Shown here one piece after another: positions 15,289 through 28,340 of a stretch of 64,000 bases of DNA. A model generated the notes under the pieces. It saw nothing but the letters and a program-made list of their open reading frames with translations. It had not been told where the DNA came from and searched no databases. The translations under genes were made by a program, and so were the position numbers. This DNA comes from Styela clava (Eukaryota). The stretch spans positions 15,190,001-15,254,000 of the forward strand of contig NC_135257.1 of the NCBI RefSeq assembly GCF_964204865.1, read 5' to 3'. Position 1 is the first letter of the stretch; each line of letters starts with the position of its first letter.

Positions 15289-15464
15289 CAGAGGTGGGAT
15301 TCAATTTTTTTGTCAGCCGGTTCCATTACAAAAGTCATATTTTTCAGCCGGTTCTGTTACAAAAACTCATGTTTTTTCAGTAATGCTAACCGGTTCGCTG
15401 ATCTCATAAAATTCCGTGAGACGGTTCTATAGGACCGGGGCAAACCGGCTGAATCCCACCACTG
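15289..15464. mobile_element. hAT-type MITE
   Basis: TIR CAGAGGTGGGATTC / GAATCCCACCACTG; 8-bp TSD GCTACAAT at 15281-15288 and 15465-15472. Confidence 0.88.
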
Positions 15465-15768
15465 GCTACAATCAACAACAGGTTATTTAATCACTAATAT
15501 CCCATAACATTTGATCTCAACATCTCACTATTTTGATATTGCTTTTATCCTCACTGCAATTCCGAAGAACACAATTTATTTCGCTGATCTCATAAAATTC
15601 CGTGAGACGGTTCTATAGGACCGGGGCAAACCGGCTGAATCCCACCACTGGCTACAATCAACAACAGGTTATTTAATCACTAATATCCCATAACATTTGA
15701 TCTCAACATCTCACTATTTTGATATTGCTTTTATCCTCACTGCAATTCCGAAGAACACAATTTATTTC
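15394..15768. repeat. 186-bp tandem duplication including the right end of the MITE
   Basis: 15394-15579 is repeated at 15580-15765 with TTC junction microhomology. Confidence 0.9.
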
Positions 15769-16388
15769 AAGTAGAATAGAAGATTGATTGACATACATTG
15801 GATCTTTTTTCATCCAGAATAACTGTGTGCGATAATTTTATTTTAATATTTGGCAGTGGATAAAATAGCATAATATGCTCAAAATTGTGTTTTTCATGTT
15901 CAATATGCAAGTTTCCTTTAGTAACTATTAACTAAGCATACCTCAAAATAGTGCTAATATAACATTCTTTTATCTATCGCAGAGCTCCTAAGACAAAATT
16001 TATCATGATTGTTTCGTTATATTTTCATGACGTGGTAATCAGCGAACTGAGCTGGGTATCAGTTTCCCATGAAGATTTCCTAAAATTTTGGTTACATCAA
16101 GGCAGATTTACGAGCAGAGATAAGTTGGTTATTCGACACAAAAGAAAAGAAAGGGTCAAATTTTTATCACCGTATTCCAATTGTAGTATCCCTCCAGACC
16201 AGTCGAAAATTTGGGTTGCGCATTCAAACCTACCATCAGCCTCGTCGCCCATATTCGCGCAATAACACATTTTTTTTGACTGGACGGACAATTCCGTTTA
16301 AGAAAAAAAAAAATACCTATGTCTCCGTGGCACAAACCAACAGATATTTGTGAGATAGGAAAACCTCCCGCAACCGATTTAAGTCAAT

Positions 16389-16886
16389 GGACCTTTCCCC
16401 GAGCTTCCACTTCCTTGTTTACTTCGTGACATTGGCCAATCAGCAAGATGTAAAACGTGACGTAACAATGCCCCCTTTTCGCATCTGCTCAGACACTTTT
16501 CTCACTCAGACAGATTTTCAAGCGTGGTTGTAAACATTACCTCGTTTTTGCGTTTTTTAACTCTATTCGTTAGTTTTCAGTTGTGTTTCGGAAACTTAAA
16601 TATAAATCAGATAATTCAATGATCACTCTTTCTTCCTAGGAGTTTTAATTTAATTGCAGTAATAAAAATTAGTGTAGAAATAGCTGTGATAGATTAGCCT
16701 GAAATTCTTTACCGGTAGTTTTAAAAAAGAGATTGTTGTATGCAATGAATCATAATGATGATTTGAAACATATACCCCATTTTACAGGCGCCAACTCGGA
16801 AAAGCACTCTTAAAATAGCCCCGAAAATTTTGCAATGGTAAAGTATAGGAAGAATTTTTCGGGGGTCAAAGGTCGGGGAAAGGTCC
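16389..16886. mobile_element. Non-autonomous DNA transposon, ISL2EU/PIF-Harbinger-like
   Basis: 14-bp TIR GGACCTTTCCCCGA / TCGGGGAAAGGTCC flanked by AT on both sides (putative 2-bp TSD). A diverged inverted copy lies at ~55420-55936. Confidence 0.8.
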
Positions 16887-17358
16887 ATAGGATGAATACA
16901 AATAGAGATGTGAATAAAACTAGCACAAGAACCAGCAGTTTTCAGCGACTTTTTCAGCCTTCAGAAAAAATTTTGTGCCGATGATCCGGCTTGCAGTCGT
17001 ATATTCTCGTCATATCCAACCCTGCAAAAAAGGGTATCGACATTGCGACTGGACGAAATCGTACTGGAATAGATTTAAAACTTGGCTTGTTCAATGCATA
17101 ATAGCTCAAAATGGCTTGTAAAACATATTGAAAATATATGACTTAACCGTCTTATCGGCCTTGCTCTTCGATGGGATGAATTTAAGAACTTGATTCCATC
17201 ATAAATACTGTATTAGTCAATTAGGGCTTGATACACGCTTGCTTCGTAAAAATAGTCAAGCATTATGACGTCACTAAAGATTACAATGTTTGCAAACAAT
17301 GACCTTTTATCAATCCGTCAAATTTATGGTAATTTATTTCATTCTGATTTCAACGCCT

Positions 17359-20300
17359 ATGGTAAGTTAATCTTTGTTATTCGATGTATTTTTAAATAGC
17401 CTTTTCAATTTAAATCATTGAATCCTCTTATTCCTTAACAGAAAATGGGACAAGGAAAAAGAATTAGAGTTTTTCGACGCCAAATCGGCTGGGAAAAATC
17501 TATCAATAAAGCCGCCAAAGCTTTGAAAAAATATGGAAAAATTTGTTCCAAACGACAGAAGGAGGAACTCGAAAAGGTTTGTTAAATATATTTAAGTCAG
17601 CTAGTATAACTCTACAAAGCTATATGTTTTTATTTGAAAACAAGGGTTGATTTTCTTTTTATTAATTGGGACGGGTAAGATAGCGGGATTCTTGCGTACA
17701 TGATCGAAGCCTTTTCTATTAATCAAATGAATTCGCTTTTTGTTTAGATTTATGACGTCATAATCCATTATAAGCATACTCTTACTAAAGAGAGCTTGTG
17801 ATGCTTATTTTTGATTACAAGCAGTTCGGTAACTTAAGCGTTTCAAACGTTTAGCGTTTTTTAGCGTAGCATTTTTTTGAGCGGCTTCAGTAAGACATCG
17901 GCAGTTTATTTTTTTTAACTTCGGAGATCGTTTTTGTTAGAGAACTTCGAAGTCGGGGAAATTTTACGCCAAATCCAAGCTCCAAGCTTTTCAAATGACG
18001 AATTCTGTTTTAACTCCAAGTTTACAAAAATTTCAATTCCGATAAAACCGAATTTTAAGAGTGAAAACTTTTAGTGCAAGCAACCATTTCCTTCCGTTGT
18101 TAATAAATAGTAGACTTCGATTTTTTATCGGAAACTTTGACGTCGATTATCACGTCGATTGAAATTTATAATTTCAACTTCGGCGCGGATTTCTCGACTC
18201 CGGAAATTTGGAAACTCCGGACTTCTCAATAGGAACATGCAAACCCCCCACTCCACAGCTCAAGCGGACACTCGATAGTCCTACGGTCGCACGTTGCATA
18301 AACCTGTGTTCTGAAAATGGATAATCTACGATGTCCGCAAAACATAATTCTTCCACATTTTCAAGATCTATCTACTATACAGCACGAACTTAAACTATGA
18401 TATCTTTCAGGATCCATCCAAAGGAGAGTTACCTCAATCAATATTAAATATCATTCTTGACTGGGCGAGAAAACAGTCTAAGAAGGTTCGTATCACTGTG
18501 ACGTATTCAGGATATAGTGTCATTGGGTTTTGTATTAAAAACTGGTGCTGTGGTTTAAAATATTCGCGGTTCCGTAGTCTTACTAAGATTATGCTGTAGT
18601 CGCAAAGTACACTACATAGCGACATAAAACTCCATCCAGCTAGAACCGAAGTAACACAATTTGTTTGGTCTCTATCTTTGTAGGATGTACTAAAGTTGAT
18701 AAAATCGGTGTATTATTTTATTTTCAGCTGTGTGTATGCATGCAAAGTCAAGAAAAAGAAACGGAGAATTTTGAGGAAGATATTCCGGTAGGCAATTATA
18801 TAAATAAAATCTTAAATGATATTAGTTTTATAATACATTCAGTTCTCCTCGTTGCGGTTAGCCTTAGCAGTACGCTCGATTTTCGGCCCCTGATCTAAGG
18901 TTTGTTTCGAATACTCGTATAATGCCGATCATACCAAACTGGGTCCTTTAAAATTAGATGACCAAGCACGTCTTGTCAAAAATATTACATCGGCAGCAAA
19001 TTTCACTAGTGTAAACGCACTTATTCAAAGGCGTAACTCTGTGACATCATTCAACTGTGTTCACGTGAAAGCAAATCAGTTTCAAAATAAGAGGTTCTTC
19101 AGCCCAAAAGCACGATTATCTTTTCCAGTCGACCCCACAGAAACCAGATGTTACAAGAAGCCGTTCCGCATATCCCCAGTCTGTCAGATTAGATCCAGAT
19201 GCGTGTTGTTCTGGACATTGTACTAAAAACAATAAAAAGGAGGAAGCATCATCTTTGTGGTATCAACTATCACCGTCGTTTTCAGAAGAAGTAAATAGTA
19301 ATTTATGAACCGTTCAAATTATATGGACTAGTACCACTAAAACGGTGACTTTTTAAAAGCAATAATCTTTTTGCTGAAAAAAATGCTAAAATTCAAGACA
19401 AAACAATTTGTTACAACAAGGTCCACGTCGTAATCCGGCTCAGCGAAGCCTAATACATTGTATGATTGCAGCAATTCAAAAACCATTTAACTGTAGTTGT
19501 AATCTACAAGAACAATAGCAAACATCGACTTCTTGAGTTGGTACAGAATTATATTTTGCTATTTAGCCGATTCAAAGGGTGTGTGAATGCATTCATGAAT
19601 ATTCCTTTCCAGGATCTTAGTCGAGAACCGACTCCTCCACATCCATTTGAAAAAATATTGAGAGAACGAAATAGTCTAAATTACACTGAAAAAGTGAGTT
19701 TGTGTTAAATATTGTTACTTGAATGTACTACTAAAAGGTTCAATAATATCTTAATCAAACTTTTTTTGTTTTTCAGATGGACATTGAATATGCAAAAATA
19801 AGATCATTGGTAAGATTAGTAGTATTAATGAATTCAAATAATCTTGATTTATATTATTAAAGAATCCTCGCGTTTTCATTTAACAGGATTCGGATGGAAG
19901 TGAATCACCTGATTACATGCAGGCTCTATTACGTCCCTCTGAAGTAAATATATTATTTATTTTTATAGTAATACCTTAATTACTTTTAAATTTTTTTGGA
20001 AGACCTCATTCTACGATTACTTTATTTTTTACCTTATTTTAGATCAAACAAAGACCCAGTTTCTTTTCAGATTGGAATAGGGTAAGTTGTTGCTGTATGA
20101 ACACGAGATCATTAGGTAAATTATCGTTAGAAATCGATTCATTAAAATATCGTTTAAAATAACCATGAACGCTCCGAGGTGTAACAGTTAATAGTGGTTA
20201 TTGTAGAAGAATTACTTCGTCTATGATTCAGTTTGAGATTCCGGGCCTCATCACCCGACAGCTAATTAAAATTTACATACCGTTTTTGCTTTGTTTCAGC

Positions 20301-23300
20301 CAAATCCGTTTTTCCGTCTACCAGGAAACACGCCACCTCCTTTCCCAGTTTAAACCGAAGTAACACAATTCGTTTGGTCTCAATCTTTGGAGGATGTAAC
20401 TAAAGTTGATAAAATCGGGGTATTATTTTATTTCAGCTGTGTGTATGCATGCAAAGTCAAGAAAAAAAAACGGAGAATTTTGAGGAAGATATTCCGGTAG
20501 GCAATTATATAAATAAAATCTTATTACATCGACAGCAAATTTCAGCTAGTGTAAACTTACTTATTCAAAGACGTAACTCTGTGACATCATTCAACTGTCC
20601 TGCGCGTAAATGCAAATCAGTTTCAAAATAAGAGGTTCTTCAGCCCAAAAGCACGATTATCTTTTCCAGTCGACCCCACAGAATCCAGATGTTACAAGAA
20701 GCCGTTCCGCATGTCCCCAGTCTGTCAGATTAGATCCAGATGCGTGTTGTTCTGGACATTGTACTAAAAACAATAAAAAGGAGGAAGCATCATCTTTGTG
20801 GTATCAACTATCACCGTCGTTTTCAGAAGAAGTAAATAGTAATTTATGAACCGTTCAAATTATATGGACTAGTACCACTAAAACGGTGACTTTTTAAAAG
20901 CAATAATCTTTTTGCTGAAAAAAATGCTAAAATTCAAGACAAAACAATTTGTTACAACAAGGTCCACGTCGTAATCCGGCTCAGCGAAACTTAATACATT
21001 GTATGATTGCAGCAATTCAAAAACCATTTAACTGTAGTTGTAATCTACAAGAACAATAGCAAACATCGACTTCTTGAGTTGGTACAGATTTATATTTTGC
21101 TATTTAGCCGATTCAAAGGGTGTGTGAATGCATTCATGAATATTCCTTTCCAGGATCTTAGTCGAGAACCGACTCCTCCACATCCATTTGAAAAAATATT
21201 GAGAGAACGAAATAGTCTAAATTACATTGAAAAAGTGAGTTTGTGTTAAATATTGTTACTTGAATGTACTGCTAAAATGTTCAATAATATTTTAATCAAA
21301 CTTTTTTTTGTTCTTCAGATGGACATTGAATATGCAAAAATAAGATCATTGGTAAGATTAGTAGTATTAATTAATTCAAATAATCTTGATTTATATTATT
21401 AAAGAATCCTCGCGTTTTCGTTTAACAGGATTCGGATGGAAGTGAATCACCTGATTACATGCAGGCTCTATTGCGTCCCTCTGAAGTAAATATATTATTT
21501 TTTATAGTAATACCTTAATTACTTTTAAATTTTTTTGGAAGATCTCATTCTACGATTACTTTATTTTTTACCTTATTTTAGATCAAACAAAGACCCAGTT
21601 TTTTTTCAGATCGGAATAGGGTAAGTTGTTGCTGTATGAACACGTAATCACTAGGTAAATTATTGTTAGAAATCGATACATTAAAATATCGTTTAACATA
21701 ACCATGAACGCTCCAAGGTGTAACAGTTAATAGTGGTTATTGTAGAAGAATTACTTCGTCTATGATTCAGTTTGAGATTCCGGGCCCCATCAACCGACGG
21801 CTAATTAAAACTTACATAACGTTTCCGCTTTGTTTCAGCCAAATCCATTTTTCCGTCTACCAGGAAACACGCCACCTCCTTTCCCATCGGACTGGAATTT
21901 AAAGGAATCGAAGGTAAGAGCTATATTTTACTAATTGATATTAAGGATTTGCTCCTCTATTCATCAAAGTGCGTAAATTTAGTTGTACATGAGATTGAAT
22001 ACAACAAATAAAGATTTTCACAAATACCATTTCGAGTCATAGATCGGTCAAAAAAGTTATCGACGATGTGCTATTTGCTATTAGGTTCACTTCAGGTTTC
22101 CAAGTAGAGATTTTTTGGTTCAGAGTGTTACTTTGTCTGGTGTATTCATTTTTCTTGCAACTTGAAAAAAGTAGAATTAGTATGTATCTAAAGTTGTTTT
22201 TTAATTGCAAACGTGATCTCACATATTTATTTTGATTAAATGTTATTCATATTTGACAGGAGGCTCCCAGCTCTCGACCAATGGCTTCTACTGTTTTGCC
22301 TGAGCCTGAATGGGAAGTGTCGAAAGATGATACAAATGCAATGACGGAGGTATGTTGAGTAGTTTGTACATATATTTTACAGTTAAGTGGATAATATCTA
22401 TCATTCTTGTCACAATAATTAGTGATATTGTTTGTGCTTCGCTCACTCCGTCTTTCGCCAGAATAGCTTCTCCAAAACCTTCATGTTCTTTTGCCTAAAA
22501 CATGCTACAATGTTTTTTTCTTGCATCCCTACCTAAAACAAGCAGAACTGAGTGATATAACTGTAGATTCAGATAGGCAGACAAAAACATCGACTACACT
22601 ATGTTTTGACCTATATATTTTATATTAACAGGTAAACACCGCCGATAGTGAGAAAGAAAAAATATCAGAGATTCACGTAAGATTCCTGCCTCACAAAACT
22701 TATTGTCGCCCCCAATGTACTTTATTTATCACAATTTGTATAAATACTGTTTTCTAGGTTGCAATGGCAGTGGCTGAAAGAATGGACTGGATGCTTGAAC
22801 AGGTTGAAAATAACCTTGGAGGAAATTCACCTAATCTTTCCAAAATCATAGTGAGTTAAAAATTTTAGGTCTTGCGTGAGAAATATTCAACATGAAATCC
22901 CAAAATGGAATAAGGTTGACAAGGAAATTTTCTTTAAGCATATTTTGGGTAAAAGGCGCCACCTATGGCCGGACTCAAAATCTTGTAGACGTATATAGAT
23001 ACATTGAGAGATTATTTCAAATTATCGGTATATCAGGTATATCAGGTATAGAAATTTATGTCAGACATTCCAGTCATTTCAAAACACTATAGTTTTAGCT
23101 ATACGATAGAAAAATAAATAAAAAATTTATGTATTATTATAATAATATTACGTGTTTCAATTTAACAGGAAGAGGCTGTAATACAGCACAGTGAAAGTTC
23201 AGAAGTCAACGAGGAATGTGATGATGGAGAAGTGAGTTGCATTATATTTTATTTATTGTGATCGTATATATTCATATTTACGCAAACCAGGGACAAACGC

Positions 23301-25954
23301 TTTAAATATATTTCAACATTTTTGCATGATTCGTACAGTTTCTTAGTTTATAAATATACTTATTTTAGAGTGACAATTTATCGGTATCGGTGGATATGAG
23401 TTCAGAAGACGAAGAAGAAATCAACATTCGAGAGGTTTGTTTACATTTTGTTCCTGATTTCCCATTTAATAATCTTAATCTCAATCAAAGTGCGTTAAAG
23501 CATTGGACCTGACTTTGACATCGCAGATTACACGTCTCTGGTTCAAATCCCACGTCCCACTCCATCCAGAGTCTACTAAATTGAGTAGGCAATGCAGAAC
23601 CGAAAAGATTCAGGTTCTTCCAAATAGCATTAGCTGCTCACATTCTTGGTATTATTGGATGCTTGTATACGACCTGTTTAGAAGCGAAATGCGCCAATAG
23701 GCATTGTATAGAATTAGAACCAAAAAATTTGTCTCAAAGACAAGATTCTTTCGTGAAATTCAAATCTTTGCAAATCTAGAGAAAAAAATGTTTGAACATC
23801 ACAGTTTATGACAGCTAAATTTTGTATTTCGAAAAAAAAACATTTGGAATTGATTTTTTTAGCTTGATTCAAGAGCAACTTACGTTGTTGATGCCGATGT
23901 TACTTCACTGGTTCCTGTGAGTAAATTTACTTTGAATATAATTAAAGTATTGTTTGATTACGATAATTTAAATCAAAACATTTATTCCAGACTGATGAAA
24001 CATGCGAACAATGGGTTGATGACATTTTGTTTGGCGAATTGGAAGTCGTTGGTAGAGAGGTGAGCATGTAACATAGTATTAAAAACATTCTGCAATTTTT
24101 TTGCTCATCTATTTATATGCTTTTTCATACAGGAGTCAGACTTAATTTGTTTGAAATGTGAATTAAAATATATTCTTAATTATTTTTTGCCGATGACTTT
24201 GTGGAACAAATTCTTACACATAAGATAATTGAGTCTATTTAATTGTTGAGGTCAGTATAGCATTCGAGATGATAATTCAGGAGTGCGCAACAGGCGGCCC
24301 GCGAAGCCATTTAGCGTGGCCCTTGCAAAAACTCAAATTTTCCCAATCAAGCATAAAATCCTAATCCGACAGTTTATGTTTAAAAAGACGCTAACATGGT
24401 TAAAAATACATAATTTTTTTTTCTTGCTTTTGTCGCTGAGTTAAATCTTTCGCCATTTTGCCCGGTGCCTTTGTTACCGTAATTTAAATTTTTCAGTTCG
24501 TTTTATCGTTCAATTTCGTTTTAAATGTTTAATTTGTTGGGTATATGGAAAAACTATATATTTTTGTGTGGCCCAACTAGATGTCTGAAGTTGGTTATTA
24601 TACGTTGCACACCCCTGCTATAAACAATCTCGTTCGGACTCTTTCTTTCCAAATTTCAAATTTATAAAACTGAACATAAATTCCAATCGGATTTCAATAT
24701 TGTTGAAATTGTTTACAGATGGTGTCGAGAGCAACATACATTATTGAACCAGATGATTCAACCTTCTTTGAGCCTGTTGTAAGTTACGATGTTACGTTTT
24801 TCCATTTAAGAGATTCAATTGAAGTTCAACTATTAAATCTTATCCATAAAATATTATTGAATGAACACCAAACAGACAAATTTACTTGTGTATAAAAATC
24901 ATATTTTTGTTGTTAAAAACTCTTTTGAGGCATTGCCTATAATCGATCGAAAATGTTCCAGTAAGCTCAAACTTTAATTTTAGAATCGCAATTTAAATGA
25001 GATTGCTTGTCTAAAGACTAGTTGGGAGTCATGGCGTAAACACCAATTGGAACTTTCTACCAACCTAATATTCATGTTCCAACATATAACATTGTTAATA
25101 CTGATATTTTATAGTTTGAAGAAAAATCAGAAACTCCAATCGAAGACATGATAAACGAAATTCTTGAAAACACACAAAATTTGATTAAAGAGGAAAAAGT
25201 GAGTAAATATTATCCCTTGGAATACACTAAATCTCAATTTATTCTGTCGATTAATTCTTTAAATAAAAAATTTTAAATTTTGTTTTATCAAAAAAGTTTT
25301 CAGTTATTGAACTACAGTATGTTAATTCAGTTATATATACTTCAAGTATATAATATAGTTTCAACAATGATACAGTATATGATAATATATTGATAACCTA
25401 TATAAATCATAAATTTTGATATTAAAACAAAGGAAAAGAACTCTAAAACAACAAACTCATGTTCAAAGGAAGATCCTGAAGACATCGATAAATTCATACA
25501 GGTTAGTTGTAATAGTCTACCTGTGTTGGTTTTACCTGGACTTAAAATCTCAACAAGCTACCAGATGTCAGTTTTGAAATATAATAAAAAATTTACTGAT
25601 TCGCCTAATATAGAATCAAGGAAAATGATTCTCACTTTCTAAGTTTACTTCATCCATTTTCTAAAGCTTTCATTTATTTTGACCAAAAATATTTTTAAAT
25701 CTCAACTTCAAAGAATCATGCTATGAATAAAGTAGGCCCACAAATATATTCACCCGAAACTGCTGCTTTGTATTAAAGGCTAATTAGAATAAAGTTTATT
25801 GATGATATACAATATTCTATCAGTTATTTCTTACTTTATCTCAGTCAAAAAATATTGTCTGAATATCATGAGAACCTGCAGATTCTTGGTTCCGTCATTG
25901 AGTTTTTTTATTTTAAATTTACAGGATTTTCTTTCTGAATCAACTCCGGTATAA
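17359..25954 (+). CDS. Uncharacterised multi-exon protein: basic N-terminus, acidic/low-complexity C-terminus, ~640 aa with the duplicated block (~480 aa without)
   Basis: Exons: 17359-17361 (ATG), 17442-17576, 18411-18485; block 1: 18728-18787, 19129-19290, 19613-19693, 19777-19809, 19887-19943, 20043-20081, 20300-20347?; block 2: 20437-20496, 20670-20831, 21154-21234, three more matching exons, 21839-21913; then 22260-22349, 22632-22676, 22758-22850, 23169-23231, 23369-23434, 23863-23916, 23991-24059, 24719-24778, 25115-25198, 25433-25501, 25925-25954 (TAA). All have AG/GT ends, are stop-free and are multiples of 3. No family recognised. Confidence 0.72.
18637..21886 (+). repeat. Intragenic tandem duplication (~1.7 kb + ~1.54 kb) of a 7-exon block
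   Basis: ~18637-20347 and ~20345-21886 are near-identical; copy 2 lacks ~170 bp of intron (~18813-18982). ORF pair 19466/21007 differs by two residues. Confidence 0.93.
24278..24617. mobile_element. Diverged hAT-type MITE in an intron
   Basis: Imperfect TIR CAGGAGTGCGCAAC / GTTGCACACCCCTG with subterminal GGCCC motifs; TSD not evident. Confidence 0.6.
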
Positions 25955-28340
25955 ACGACAGGACATAAATATGAGCATCCTGTTCTCAATACACTCGGCA
26001 ACCAAGGACAGGGTGATTTGGCAGCAAGTTATCAAGATTTTTAATTTAAATTGATCGGAAAATGATTTTACGTAGGATAAACACAACGAGACAACTGTAG
26101 CTTAACGGTGTAACCATATTGTGATATATTTAGTATTTGAGATTTATCTCGTTGTCCAACGTAATTTAGCCTTGTTTATGTATTATTAGTATTTTGTCTG
26201 CAAGATTGCTTACTGGTAATTCTCAAGTAACCACTGACTTGCTAGGAGCAACGATTTGATTCATTCAATTCTGTAAGAAATAGCTAGATAGCATTTTTGA
26301 AAAAGTACTTTTTCCTAATTTAGTATTTCGGCCAGGAATTTATTTAAACAGTGTTTCAGGGTTTTTAATTGCTGTCTTGTTTACTATGTCAGGCAGCGCT
26401 TTAAAAAAATTAAATTTCGGCAATATGTACTTATGTCAACCAAGATAACAAAGTCTGCACTATATGCTTGAGGATATTAAAGTGACCTATAGTTTCTCCC
26501 GGTAGTTATGTAAGTAGCCTTATGTAAAAACAAATCATAATTTAGTTTTATGAGTCGTTTATCACACTTACATTCTGAACGAGGCTCTGTACAAACAGCC
26601 ACTGATGCGTATTGAGTCACTATTTCTACTCAGTATATTGCCTTCATTCAGTCACTGATACGTACGGAGCTCCTGTTTGTTTGGCGAACAGGTCTGAACC
26701 TGAGATCTTTACCCTGCGCCGCATATATAGCTATATTCTGCGATGTAACTATCAGCTCGTAACTGTTCAATGTTAGCTTAAATGAAAAGTTTGACACATT
26801 ATATTGAACGAGACTAGAATAAGGCATTTAGACGTGAGAATCTGCTATGGGCTTTCGAGAGGAACGTTTCTATACTTGCTCTATTGGTCAATCTTTCCAC
26901 GTTCACGGCCTCTGGGTATAACGGCTTATCATAATTCGAACTCAAGAAATATAACTTGAGCCAACTGAGTTGGGTAATCGCACTCCACTAGCCCAGAGCG
27001 TACCCACTTCATGTTTTAATACCAGTGAATCGACGAAATGGGAGTTTAGGTTCGACTCAACTCAAATGTCTTTTTTATAGCATGAGTCGATTATGGTAAT
27101 GATGACCTGTTATTAAACTCAATCAGTCGCTTTCTTGTGGAATTTTTTTTATTTTTCACTGTGATACTTTCAAGTGTTCCATTTTCTTTTCTTTGATAAA
27201 TAAAACTTGTTTCAGTCAGATAAAATATGAATTGATTATTGTAGGATGTGAAGCCTGTTGTAACACTAAACGATAATTTAAATAGGATCATGCTGGGATC
27301 CTATTTTAGAAAACTTATTGACATAGATGTTCAAACTATGAAATGGATACAGTAGTACAAATTTGAAATTCCACTGAAATCCTCGGGCTTCTCGGTGGGT
27401 ATGGGATTTCCACGGGACGGGCATACATGGCTATAGGGGATGGGATAGAAAAAGATGTCGCATTGACAAGCCTGGAAATCGCTTATCGCTAAAATTCCAA
27501 CCATAATTGTGACTGCAGATTAAGTCAAAAAAGAGACCGTCTTTCAATTAGAACACTTCAAATTACGAAGTGTGCTTTTGAATCTAGAAAATACCTATTC
27601 GGGCATAGTAAAAATAGAAAAACATGATGTGTCGCATCATACATACATCGCATAAAAATACATCATTTAAATCCCCGCGTGGCGCAGTTACATGATTTAG
27701 GAATCGGTGAATTCGTGGCATTTTATTTCAATGAGCTATTTGCAATAGCCCTTAAGCAGGCTCTGAACTGAGTCTAGCATTCAAATTTTACGGTTAAAAG
27801 GCATTCTGAATTTGAAATGTTTGCTAAATATGCATTTTTTCTAAACTCAAATGTTATTTTATTCTATTATTGGTAATGTTATATTAGTGAGTATAACGGC
27901 ATATTGGTTGGACGTCTGCAAGACCCATGCACTGCCCAATGAAGTAAATTACAATTTTTTTAATCGTAATAAATTGAAGAAACATATAATCACAATTCAT
28001 ATCGACGCCATTAATTATTAAAGTACGACAATAATAATAATAATAATAGCGCAAATACGTGATTGTAAAACAATGAAGCATCGGAGTGCATAAATTATTC
28101 ACAATGTTAAATCAAAAATAAAGAGTAAAGAATGCCAATAACCTTCAAACAAATCCTTCACTTATTATAATAAAACTTTTAATTATACAGATTAAAAAAT
28201 GAAATTCACATCTATGATACACCAAATAATATAGGCGAGCAGCAAGATACTCGCATAAAAAAAATACAAATATTTTTGAAGTACATATTGGAGTTCAACT
28301 TGACTTTATTTCCTGAATTAGTTGATGGCTCTGAAAATAT

